Origin: Macrostomum lignano
Taxonomy: Eukaryota
Length of the DNA stretch: 64,000 bases
Assembly (NCBI GenBank): GCA_002269645.1
Contig: NIVC01003116.1
Location: 1 to 64,000 of the forward strand
Direction: 5' to 3'
Below are positions 1 through 11,300 of this stretch, one piece after another (positions within the stretch are counted from its first letter, which is position 1; each line of letters starts with the position of its first letter). The notes beneath the pieces were generated by a model. The model saw only the letters and a list, made by a program, of their open reading frames with translations, was not told the DNA's origin and did not search any database. The position numbers and the translations under genes are program-made.

Positions 1-626
1 CAATACAGTAGGGCAGAGAGGAGCCATACATAATGTAAATTCATTTACGATACAATGGGGCAGAGAGGAGCCATACATAATGTACATTCATTTACAATAC
101 AGTAGGGCAGAGAGGAGCCATACATAATGTAAATTCATTTACGATACAATGGGGCAGAGAGGAGCCATACATAATGTACATTCATTTACAATACAGTAGG
201 GCAGAGAGGAGCCATACATAATGTAAATTCATTTACGATACAATGGGGCAGAGAGGAGCCATACATAATGTACATTCATTTACAATACAGTAGGGCAGAG
301 AGGAGCCATACATAATGTAAATTCATTTACGATACAATGGGGCAGAGAGGAGCCATACATAATGTACATTCATTTACGATACAATGGGGCAGAGAGGAAC
401 AATAGATAATGTACATTCATTTACGATACAATGGGGCAGAGAGGAACCATAGATAATGTAAATTCATTTACGATACAATGGGGCAGAGAGGAGCCATAGA
501 TAATGTACATTCATTTACGATACAATGGGGCAGAGAGGAACCATAGATAATGTACATTCATTTACGATACAATGGGGCAGAGAGGAGCCATAGAAAATGT
601 ACCTTCATTTACGATACAATGGGGCA
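1..626. repeat. 47-bp tandem repeat, partly an alternating 94-bp dimer
   Basis: Unit gggcagagaggagccatacataatgt(a/c)attcatttac(g/a)atacaatg starts at 11, 58, 105 and onward; two variants alternate in the first ~300 bp. Confidence 0.95.
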
Positions 627-755
627 AGGAGATATAAACAATGTACACTCTTTACCTAACAGCCATATGCCTAGAGGGGTCGCCGCGAGCAAGATAAGGA
701 AGGGAAAGCGAGACGAGGATAAAAAGGACAAAGCGAAGTGTACACAATAATACAC

Positions 756-3700
756 CTAGTCAGTCTCGCCAAGGCAGGTGGTGCGCACGATCATTTCGGT
801 TACGCTGTAGGGATCACAGTTAGAAGCTGGACGACGATCCTCTATGTAGCCGCAGCCCTCGTCGCTGCACTGACGCGGAATCCGAATCGAGGAGCCGCGA
901 TGTGCCACGCCTTCAATAAAGAGTTCAATTGAATGAGCTTGGAATGTTTTTGGAGGCCGGCAGAATTATCGGGCCCTAAAATCAGTGTCTACCGGGCCCT
1001 AAGATCAGTGTCTACCAGGTCCTAAAATCAGTGTCTACCAGGCCCTAAAATCACAGCCTACCAGGCCTTAAAACCAGTGTCCACCGGGCCCTAAAGTCAG
1101 TGTCTACCGAGCCCTAAAATCAGTGTCTACTGGGCCCTAAAGTCAGTGTCTACCAGGCCCTAAAGTCAGTGTCTACCAGGCCCTAAAGTCAGTGTCTACC
1201 GAGCCCTAAAGTCAGTGTCTACTAGGCCCTAAAATCAGTGTCTACCAGGTCCTAAAATCAGTGTCTACCAGGCCCTAAAATCACAGCCTACCAGGCCTTA
1301 AAACCAGTGTCCACCGGGCCCTAAAGTCAGTGTCTACCAAGCCCTAAAATCAGTGTCTACTGGGCCCTAAAGTCAGTGTCTACCAGGCCCTAAAGTCAGT
1401 GTCTACCAGGCCCTAAAGTCAGTGTCTACCGAGCCCTAAAGTCAGTGTCTACTAGGCCCTAAAATCAGTGTCTACCAGGTCCTAAAATCAGTGTCTACCA
1501 GGCCCTAAAATCACAGCCTACCAGGCCTTAAAACCAGTGTCCACCGGGCCCTAAAGTCAGTGTCTACCAAGCCCTAAAATCAGTGTCTACTGGGCCCTAA
1601 ATTCAGTGTCTACCAGGCCCTAAAATCAAAGCCTAAAGGGCCTTTAAATCAGTGTCTCCAGGCCCTAAAATTGGTGTCTTAACGGGCCCTAAAGTCAGTG
1701 TCTACTAGGCCCTAAAATCAGTTTCTACCGGACCCTAAAATCAGTGTCAACCAACCCCTAAAGTTAGTGTCTACCGAGCCCTAAAGTCAGTCTCTACCGA
1801 GTTCTAAAGTTAGTGTCCACCGGGCCCTAAAACCAGGGTCTAACCGACGCCAACACGCGGCCGAAACTGCCCACAATCCTCACCATAGCTGAACTTGTCA
1901 ATGCTAGACGTCTCGTGCAGGCCAGTCAGTCACCGCTTGTTGTCGGCGCCCCCGTGCGGATCGTAGGCCCGGATGTGAGATGCGTGTCGCTTGCCCAACT
2001 TTTCGATAGCCTCAATCATGACCTTCATGCCGCCAGGCTGTCGCATGGCCCCAGTGCTATAGTTGGTATGGGCGCCGGCCCCGTTCCAGTCTCCTGGCAT
2101 TGGTTTCGGATCGAAGCTGACTACAATGCCAAAATCTTCGGCCACCCGATGCAGCAGGAACCGAGCCAGCCACAGGTGATCGCCCATATCGATGCCTTCG
2201 CATGGTCCAACCTGGAATTCCCATTGGGCCGGCATCACCTCGGCATTCTCGCCGGCGATCTTCACTTCGGAGTACAGGCAGGCTCGGTAGTGAGCCTCGA
2301 CCACGTCTCGGCCGTAGACTTTGTTGGCTCCGACCCCGGTGTAGTACGGACCCTGCGGTCCCGGGAAGCCGTTCTTCGGCCAGCCAAACGGGTGCAGATC
2401 CGTGTCCTGCAGGGTGTACTCCTGCTCGATGCCAAACCAGGGATGCTGATCTTTGACCTTCTGCATCACCTCATTGCAGGAGTGACGCTTATTAGTCCTG
2501 TGCACTGTGCCATCGTGAGAATAGGTCTCACACAGTACCAGCCTGTTGTTGCCGCCTCTGAATGGATCTTTGAACAGGGCAACCGGGTGAATCATCACGT
2601 CGGAATTGTGGCCTTCGGCTTGGCCCGTGCTGGACCCATCGAAATTCCAGATTGGCAGTTCTGGCGTAAAGAAAGAACGTTCACATGTGCACTACATGGC
2701 ATGTATACTCCTTGTGACAACCCCCCTTAGGCCAATTTTTTTGAACAATACTACTAATAGTAGCTGTGGCTGGGAGTGAAATGAACTTTTTGAATGCGCA
2801 AAACCAGGAGGGTAAACCGGTGTTTCTTTCCTCCTGTCTTCACTCACTCAGCTTCTAAACACTTTCTCACTTTAAGTACGAGTAGCGTACGCAGGAGGGA
2901 GTCCCGGGGGGGGGCTTTCGCTCCTCCAAAAAATGAGAGAGAATGAGAGGCGACCAAGCTCAACGAATGGCACGAGCTCAACTTTGCCAACTTAGGACGT
3001 GGCATCTACCGGCCTAGAGGACAGGAGCGCCCACTAAAAGACAGGGGCGCCAACCAAGGGACAGGGGCTACCACCAAGAGACAGGGGCGCCCACTAAAAG
3101 ACAGCGGCGCCAAACAGCGGCGCCAACTAGCGGCGCCAACCAGGGGCGCCCACCAAGAGACAGGGGCACCCACCAAGAGACAGGGGCACCCATCAAGAGA
3201 CAGGGGCACCCATCAAGAGACAGGGGCGCCCACCAAGAGACAGGGGCGCCCATCAAGAGACAGGGCACCCACCAAGAGACAGGGGCGCCCATCAAGAGAC
3301 AGGGGCGCCCATCAAGAGACAGGGGCGCCCACCAAGAGACAGCGGCACCCATCAAGAGACAGGGGCACCACCAAGAGACAGGGGCACCCATCAAGAGACA
3401 GGGGCACCGACCAAAAGAAACAGAATACAGTGAAAACTTGTGTGCACTGCCATATTCATAAGTAGATCAAGTGCATATATCTAATTAGTTCTTTTTAATT
3501 AATAACCTTTAGGCGACTTAGGCGTGAAGTCCACTGTTCGAGACTTGGCACGCAGATTCTCCCCTGAGCCATCGATCCAGATGTACATGCACTGCACTTT
3601 GTCGGCTGGCTGAGGCAGAGCCAAGTAGCGCTGTGAGAATCAAGGTGAGAAAAAAAGTGACAGGTGACCCGGTCTAGATATACAACAGGTGACAGGGTCT

Positions 3701-4571
3701 ATATAACAGGTGACTGGGTCTGTATAACAGGTGACAGGGTCTACATAACAGGTGACAGGGTCTATATAACAGGTGACAGGGTCTATAAAACAGGTGACAG
3801 GGTCTAGCAGGTGACAGGGTCTACATAACAGGTGACAGGTTCTAGATATATAACAGGTGACAGGGTCTATATAACAGGTGACAGGGTCTATATAACAGGT
3901 GACAGGGTCTATATAACAGGTGACAGGGTCTATATAATAGGTGACAGGGTCTAACAGGTGACAGGGTCTACATAACAGGTGACAGGGTCTAGATATATAA
4001 CAGGTGACAGGGTCTATGTAACAGGTGACAGGGTCTATATAACAGGTGACAGGGTCTATATAACAGGTGACAGGGTCTATATAACAAGTGACGGGGTCTA
4101 TAAAACAGGTGACAGGGTCTATATAATAGGTGACAGGGTCTAACAGTTGACAGGGTCTACATAACAGGTGACAGGGTTTAGATATATAACAGGTGACAGG
4201 GTCTATGTAACAGGTGACAGGGTCTACATAACAGGTGACAGGGTCTATATAACAAGTGACGGGGTCTATAAAACAGGTGACAGGGTCTATATATACAACA
4301 GGTGACAGGGTTTATATAACAGGTAACTGGGTCTATATAACAGGCAACTGGGTCTATGTAACAGGCAACTGGGTCTATGTAACAGGCAACTGGGTCTATG
4401 TAACAGGCAACTGGGTCTATGTAACAGGTCACTGGGTCTATGTAACAGGTGACAGGGTCTATATAACAGGTGACAGGGTCTACATAACAGGTGACAGGAT
4501 CTATATAACAGAATATATGCAGAACTCACCATCAAGGCAGTCTTGTTAGTAACATTAGTAATGCCCAACAT
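756..4571 (-). CDS. GLUL: Glutamine synthetase (GSII type), 4 coding exons, with an in-frame TGA at 1932-1930
   Basis: Exons 4571-4530, 3630-3507, 2660-1884 and 910-756 have GT-AG boundaries with consistent phases (1098 nt, 365 codons plus stop). Motifs: [66 protein letters not shown]. The frame reads [12 protein letters not shown]. Confidence 0.95.
972..1832. repeat. 23-bp minisatellite with a 230-bp higher-order period (GS intron 3)
   Basis: Unit ggccctaaa(a/g)tcagtgtctacc; the diagnostic variant tcacagccta recurs at 1051, 1281 and 1511. Confidence 0.93.
3030..3410. repeat. ~20-bp GC-rich minisatellite (GS intron 2)
   Basis: Unit ggggc(g/a)ccca(c/t)caagagaca repeated. Confidence 0.9.
3657..4510. 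repeat. 21-bp minisatellite (GS intron 1)
   Basis: Unit caggtgacagggtctatataa and variants. Confidence 0.93.
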
Positions 4572-5256
4572 TGTTATAATGTATGTGCTGCTAATTAGCT
4601 GATGCAATACAGTTTCAAAGTCATTTTGTAATCATTCACGACCTCAGCTCATATAGGGTCTGAATGTACTCTTGGCCTGGAAAAATGTACACTCAGCAAG
4701 AGAATTCCAGAGTGAGCTGTTCTTTCCGGTTTAAACCAAAATTAACCGCCGACCCCACTGGTATGAGAGAGGCATGAGAGAATGAATGAGCACTAGCATT
4801 GGTCCGAGTCACTGCTCGCCTGCTCGGTTTCCAGTTTAAACAGGAACTCTTATTGCCTCAATGTCAACACCTGTCTGCCCTTCACAGTCAATCACTCAGT
4901 GTTTCGCGCTCTAAAAAGTGTTTTTTCATACTTAAAAAATACAGAATAAGAACACTGTTCAAATTTGAATATTTTTATTAGTATAAAACTAACTAACAAC
5001 CGACAAGATTCAATGTATATTTTATATACTTAATACTCATACTTATAAAGTGAAGTACATAGACCCAAATAAACTTCTACAAATAGCATAAATAGCAGTT
5101 AGCGAAAAAAGTTACACAGAGTAGCAATTTAGGAATTCAATTACTAAACCCGTAGTTAAAATTTAATTAGACATAAGTAGAAAAAATCACTTTTTGTTAT
5201 TCTGAAATTGACATGGAAGAAACACAATTTATGGTGTGCGAACTCACTGCCGATAG

Positions 5257-6070
5257 TTTGAGTTTGAGTTTGGGTTTGAGTTTGGGTTTGAGTTTGGGTT
5301 TGGGTTTGAGTTTGGGTTTGGGTTTGAGTTTGGGTTTGAGTTTGAGTTTGGGTTTGAGTTTGAGTTTGGGTTTGGGTTTGAGTTTGGGTTTGGGTTTGAG
5401 TTTGAGTTTGGGTTTGGGTTTGAGTTTGGGTTTGAGTTTGAGTTTGGGTTTGGGTTTGAGTTTGGGTTTGGGTTTGGGTTTGAGCTTGGGTTTGGGTTTG
5501 AGTTTGGGTTTGAGTTTGGGTTTGAGCTTGGGTTTGGGTTTGAGTTTGGGTTTGGGTTTGAGTTTGAGTTTGAGTTTGGGTTTGAGTTTGAGTTTGGGTT
5601 TGAGCTTGGGTTTGAGTTGGAGTTTGGGTTTGGGTTTGAGTTTGGGTTTGAGTTTGGGTTTGAGCTTGGGTTTGGGTTTGAGTTTGGGTTTGAGTTTGGG
5701 TTTGAGTTTGGGTTTGGGTTTGAGTTTGGGTTTGGGTTTGAGCTTGGGTTTGGGTTTGAGTTTGGGTTTGAGTTTGGGTTTGAGCTTGGGTTTGGGTTTG
5801 GGTTTGAGTTGGAGTTTGGGTTTGGGTTTGAGTTTGGGTTTGAGTTTGAGTTTGGGTTTGAGTTTGGGTTTGAGTTTGGGTTTGAGTTTGGGTTTGGGTT
5901 TGAGTTTGGGTTTGAGCTTGGGTTTGGGTTTGAGTTTGGGTTTGAGTTTGGGTTTGGGTTTGAGTTTGGGTTTGGGTTTGGGTTTGGGTTTGAGTTTAGG
6001 TTTGGGTTTGAGTTTGGGTTTGAGCTTGGGTTTGAGTTTGGGTTTGAGCTTTGGTTTGAGTTTGAGTTTG
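5257..6070. repeat. Telomere-like hexamer array (TTTGGG/TTTGAG/CTTGGG)n
   Basis: About 810 bp in 6-bp register, followed by one TTAGGG at 6073-6078. Confidence 0.92.
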
Positions 6071-6205
6071 CGTTAGGGTCGCCAGTGAAACTATGGCAGT
6101 TGTAGGTTCAGGAGACTCCTAATGTGAATAAGTAACAAGCCACTTTAGCTAAATGAATAATATTTGAAATTTAAATGCCCATTAGTCCTGATGCGTCAAG
6201 TCAAA

Positions 6206-7492
6206 CTAGGTGTACAACAGATGAGGCACAGTCAGAGGCACAGTTGGCCACATTTTACCATCATCGGCCTGGCAACAGGCCAGCACCAGGCTGCGACCTC
6301 TACTAATAGCCAAAGATTGATCGCCAGTCCAGGCCAATCCGCCAACCACTTCGTCGCCAAACTCGGCCATAGACGCTATGGAGAACCTGTCCGGCTTAGG
6401 CAGACTCGCGATCATTGGGGCGCTTTCTAAGAAATCGACAACGTAGACGCCGCCGTCGCTGGTGGAAGCCGCGGCAACTGGCTGTCTGGCTTCGCCGCCT
6501 CCAGAGCAACGAACTCGAGTCACCCTGCTGGAAGCCACTCGCCCCAGCTGCACCTCCGCTGCACTCGAACTCTGACCCCGCAGATCGTGCAGCCTCAATC
6601 GGCCGTCGATCCCGCCAGTTACTAAGCGACAGTCGTCGAGCCAATCCAGACAGCGCGCATAGCAACCGTCGTTGCCAGGGAAACACGCCGCCGACGCCAC
6701 TACTCCGGAAGCTGCAACCAGACGCTGTCGGAGGTCCCAAACTCGAACCCGACCGTCGGCGGAGCAAGTTGCCAATCGGCCAGACTTCGACGATCCGGCC
6801 GCAGACACGAGCGGCGACGCGCTGCCACCGGCCGTCCAAGTGTTCAAGGACACGAGCCCGCCGTCTGACTCCACCTGCCACAGTTTAACCTGCCTATCCG
6901 ATCCGCCACTAATCGATACGAATCGACATTCGTCAGTAGTGGTCGAATTTCCCACCGGGGTCAGACAGGCTACGCCAGAGTCGTGCTCAGTTCGAAGGCT
7001 GCAATGCCGCTCGCCAGCCAGCGGATTCGTCACCGCCGCCACGCTGCCATCGTCACCGGCAAGCGCCAGCAGACGTCGCTGCTGACTGCCGATTGGCAGA
7101 AAGCAGCAGTCGCTGATGCTCACCCGCTGCACTTTATCCCAACCTAGTGGGCCTTCCAGCACTAGCGGAGCGCAGGCTGGCGTAGCCGTAGCGGCCGTCG
7201 CCGCAGCGGGGCCGGTTGCCAATGACAACCGTAGAAACAGTACGCGACCCTGCCACAGCCTGCCTGTGATGGTGTTCACAGCTACGGCTACTACTTGATC
7301 TTGTCCGACTGGGACACCGTCCAAACCGACTGACTCGCCTTCGGCCGAGCCGAGGCCGCTGGCAACGCTGACGGATTCGAATCGATGGGCTCGCTGGTTG
7401 AGCAGCTGGTGACAAGTCTCTCCTGGATTCATCTGCTGTGGCTGCTTAGCAGACCAGTCACCCCCGCCTTGTTGATCCGTCTGTACAGACAT
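6206..7492 (-). CDS. WDR77: WD40-repeat protein, methylosome protein 50 (MEP50)-like, intronless
   Basis: 428-aa ORF with MEP50-like segments: NTITGRLWQGRV (cf. SLSGRCWAGSL), AGDDGSV, EHDSGVACL, SGGSDRQVKLW, TCSADGRVRVWDLR. Confidence 0.75.
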   Translation of the reverse strand: MSVQTDQQGGGDWSAKQPQQMNPGETCHQLLNQRAHRFESVSVASGLGSAEGESVGLDGVPVGQDQVVAVAVNTITGRLWQGRVLFLRLSLATGPAAATAATATPACAPLVLEGPLGWDKVQRVSISDCCFLPIGSQQRRLLALAGDDGSVAAVTNPLAGERHCSLRTEHDSGVACLTPVGNSTTTDECRFVSISGGSDRQVKLWQVESDGGLVSLNTWTAGGSASPLVSAAGSSKSGRLATCSADGRVRVWDLRQRLVAASGVVASAACFPGNDGCYARCLDWLDDCRLVTGGIDGRLRLHDLRGQSSSAAEVQLGRVASSRVTRVRCSGGGEARQPVAAASTSDGGVYVVDFLESAPMIASLPKPDRFSIASMAEFGDEVVGGLAWTGDQSLAISRGRSLVLACCQADDGKMWPTVPLTVPHLLYT

Positions 7493-8150
7493 GAATTTAT
7501 TTCCAACAGCAAAAATTATGAAAATGTAAAATAAATTGGACCGACTTTAGAGAGACCTAATTTGGACAAAAGTACTAATATAAAAACTCGCACGATATGT
7601 TCACACAAATCCAAACCCAACCGATGTTTGTTCACACAAATCCAAACGATATATTCACACAAATTAAAACGATATTCACACAAATTCTAACGATTTCACA
7701 CAAACTCGACGACTCAATAGACTCACTCGAAGGCTCACAAAAACACAAAAGGCCACTAATGAAAGTTACACTAGCTTTAAAATTTATATAAAATAAATAA
7801 ACAATAAAGAGACATTTAGTGAACCAAAACCTTGTGAATATATTAATATATGCATAACGTTTTGTTATATCGATGTATTTCAAACAAGAAAAGACCTAAC
7901 TGAATTGCATTGCATTGCTTTCAACAGTCTTTAGACTTGTGGAGAAATGCCGAAATAAATAAGGGTGTTTAAAAAATTGATGCATAGCCCTGGATGGGGT
8001 TTGGCCATAGAAAAATTTGGTCTAGAAAAATGCACTACAGAGACAGGCGGAAAAATGCTGAGAACATCATTTCCTTTAACACATTAACAATAGTGCCTGT
8101 ACAAAGTTAAAATCTTTGTCTTCTAAATTGTTATTCCCCTTTATTTTGTT

Positions 8151-8180
8151 GCCGCCCCAACGGGGCGGCGCTGATGCTAG
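8151..8180 (+). mobile_element. Possible Helitron 3' terminus
   Basis: Perfect 8-bp GC hairpin gccgcccc-aac-ggggcggc, then 7 nt, then CTAG followed by T. 5' end not identified. Confidence 0.35.
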
Positions 8181-8351
8181 TCCACTATACTAAAAATTTA
8201 GTACGTAAGTGATAGTTGAGATTCTGTAATTCTAGAAACCAATAACAACTTTAAATAGGCAAATTAAAGTCTAAACCAGGCTTTCAAAAAAGCGTCAAGA
8301 CCCATCCATCCCCTCACTGTAGCAGCAGTCCTATAATCTACCACAGAAACA

Positions 8352-11300
8352 TCAAACACTCTCAGCCTGCTTAGCGGCAAAGAATTCGGTCAATGTTTTC
8401 ACAGCCAGACTCGAATTCAGCGGCCTTGGCAACAGCGATTGGCCAATCCAATCGGGCAGTTTAGCTCGGACAGCTGGCCGAGAGTAGCGACTATCCAGCA
8501 ATACTATGGCTGCGTAATCTGATTTGTGACGAATAGCCCGACCGATGCACTGATTGACAGCTCGCATGCACAGGCTCTCGTAGTGGGCGCGACCGGCGTT
8601 CGGACCGAATCTGGGGAGGGGGGGGGTTGTTGGTGATTTCAGATTAGTGTATTTTTTTATTACACCTGCCCTAATTGGGCCAGATGTACAACCGACAGCT
8701 CAGCTGCACACTCTCAATTACCCCAGCTAAATCTGGCACCCATTTTACAGCTGCGTGAACTGAAGCAATGCAGAGTTAAGTGTCTCTTGCTCAAGGACAC
8801 AAATTGTTCCAAGTGAAAATCGAGAATCGAACCCCGACCTTTCAGTCAAGAGTCCGACGCTCTAACCATTATGCTACAATCTCCATTCGTGTGCAATTCT
8901 TGTAACAGATGCTAGCAACTATGACAAATCCCCAGTGACCAACCTGTAACCAATCGCAGCGGTAGAAACTGGGTGGAAATGAGGATAAATAGCAAAGCAA
9001 AACTAAGCGAAGCAATGGAGAGAAGTGGGAGGAAGGAGATATGGAGGAGAGTAAGGGGAGAAGGGATGGGAGATAAAAGAAAGGATGCGAGAGTAGAGGG
9101 AGGGAGGGAGGCTAAGAGAAGAGGTAAGAGATGTGAGAGTGGGGAGGGAGGAGAGGGTGAGGGGAGAGAGGGAGGTGGCGAGAGGAGAGAGGGTGAGGAG
9201 AGGGAGAGGGTGAGGGAAGAGGGAGGGCGAAGGATAAGAGTGGTAAAATAATAAAGAAAGCAAAATCAATAATGAGGATAAAGCAATGAAAATCATCCCG
9301 AATCGAATCAATCAACCAACTACCCACCTGTCAGACAGATAGGCCATAGTCTCAATCAGCTCAGGCGAGCCCTTATTAGGATAGGGCATCCCCAGCATAA
9401 CAACGCACCGACCAAAGTCGTCAGCAAAATTGATACCCTCGGACAGTCGGCCGCCAACCGGACAGGACCACCTGTGGTAGAACAGGCGCTTCCGGTGGCA
9501 CAGACGAGCCAACCGGCCGTCCGACTGCCAGCGACTATGGACGGCCGATTCCCAATCGTGCGACGGGAAGAACACAACGGCTCCGGATGGGACGGCCGAC
9601 AACAGGTCGACTAGGGCGTCGCCTGCGGCTGTTAATAGATCTGGCTGGTTTTTGGCAGACTGAGTGAAGCACAACTGGTGTCCAGCGTTGCTGCTGCTGT
9701 CGTAGCGATCGACAACTAACGCTAGCACGTTCCGCTTGTCAACCACGTGACCGCATGAGAACTGCTCTACCTGGATTAGTTGATTAAGAAAAGTTAGAAG
9801 TGCAAGTTTTAATTCAGTACAAAGGGGATGTGAACTGAAGCTCCAGAATGGAGCTCGAATGAGGCCAGCAGACCAAACCGACTGGAATCGATAACTTGTC
9901 GGACCAGATGACTATAACCGTCTGGACATTTGGCCCTTACTCTTAACGAATGGATTTCAACCTGAGTCAATCCTCATGTCATCGATTTTATGCCAGACGC
10001 TGATTTTAAAGATGCAGAGGGAGGGTGGAGTAAGGTGGGCTTGGATTTTTGCGAAAATTCGATTGGTCCTCCCGAACCATTTTTGCGGGTCGCCTCCTAA
10101 GGTGGGGGGGGGGGGCGACCGCTTCCCCACCCGCCAGCCCGAGTGGCGCTTATGGCACCTTATGGTCTTAGGCAATTAGACCGTAAAAAAGTCGCGGCCT
10201 AAACCAAAAACTGAAATGTGAGGGCCATTGACTCGCTTCTTGGTTTCCAAAATAATCACTATCCTTAACATGGCTTAAGGGCTGCATAACACTGCGCGTC
10301 CTTGAGATAAACTCTAGAGCCTAAAGTTCACATGAAATCCCCATTTATCCCATTTCTTCCCCACGACCCAGTAGAATAGACTCGGGTGGGATGTGTCAGC
10401 GTTTGTAGTCATCTGGACTGACAAGCTATCGATTCCAGTCGGTTTGGTCTGCTGGCCTCATTCGAGCTCCATTCTGGAGCTTAAGTTCACATCCCAGTAA
10501 CATAGACCATATTCTCACTCACTTAATCTCTATCTCACAGACCTTCACTCTATCAACGCAGACACTAATATTCACCAGCCAATAGAAATGAAAAATCCCC
10601 ACAGACCTGACTGCAGCCAGCGGGCACGAACAGCTGGGTGATGAGATCATCCACCGGTCGCATTGTACCGCCGGCAAGGATGACGCAACGCGATTGTTGA
10701 ACAACTTCGGCGAAATGCGAAGCGGGATTCAGTAGGAGGTACTTCAGGTGGGCGCCCGGCTGAAGCAGGACTCGCCCGTCATCGTCTGCGCTGAGCAGAG
10801 CGGATAGGAAGGCCTGGTTGTTGAATAGAAGAAATTGGAGAGTTGTTCATGGGCTCATTATTGGGTCATAAGTAGATTATTTGGCCATAAACTGATTATT
10901 GGGTCACAAGCTGAGGATTTAGGTCACAAGCTGAGGATTTAGGTCAAAAGCTAGGGAATTGGGTCATAAGCACAGGATTTAGGTCATAAAATGATTATTG
11001 GGTCATAAGTTGAGGATTTAGGTTATAAATAGATTATTAGGTCATAAGCTGAGGATTTGGGTCATAAGTTGAGGATTTGGGTCATAAGTTGAGGATTTAA
11101 GTCATAAACTGAGGATTTTGGCCATAAGTTGAGGACTTGGGTCATAAGCTGAGGATCGGGTCATAAACTGAGGATTGGGTCATAAGCTGACTGTAGTTTC
11201 ATAAGCAGAGGATTTGGTCATAAGCGGAGGATTGGGTCATAAGCTGACTGTAGGGTCATAAGCAGAGGATTTGATCATAAGCTGATTATAGGGACATGCC

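Noticed and set aside
1930-1932. Selenocysteine recoding of the GS TGA
   Set aside because: The aligned residue is Arg, not Cys, and I recognised no SECIS; a CGA>TGA change is more parsimonious.
1915-2730. 271-aa plus-strand ORF
   Set aside because: Antisense shadow of GC-rich GS exon 3; no recognisable motifs.
5257-6078. Chromosome end-to-end fusion site
   Set aside because: No head-to-head inverted (CCCAAA/CCCTAA) array, and genes are closely spaced on both sides.
6396-7415. Overlapping Arg-rich ORFs on both strands
   Set aside because: Alternative frames of the GC-rich WDR77 coding sequence.
8821-8877. tRNA gene (also at 45170-45232)
   Set aside because: A and B boxes are present but there is no complete acceptor stem, and both continue into dispersed repeat bodies; interpreted as SINE heads.
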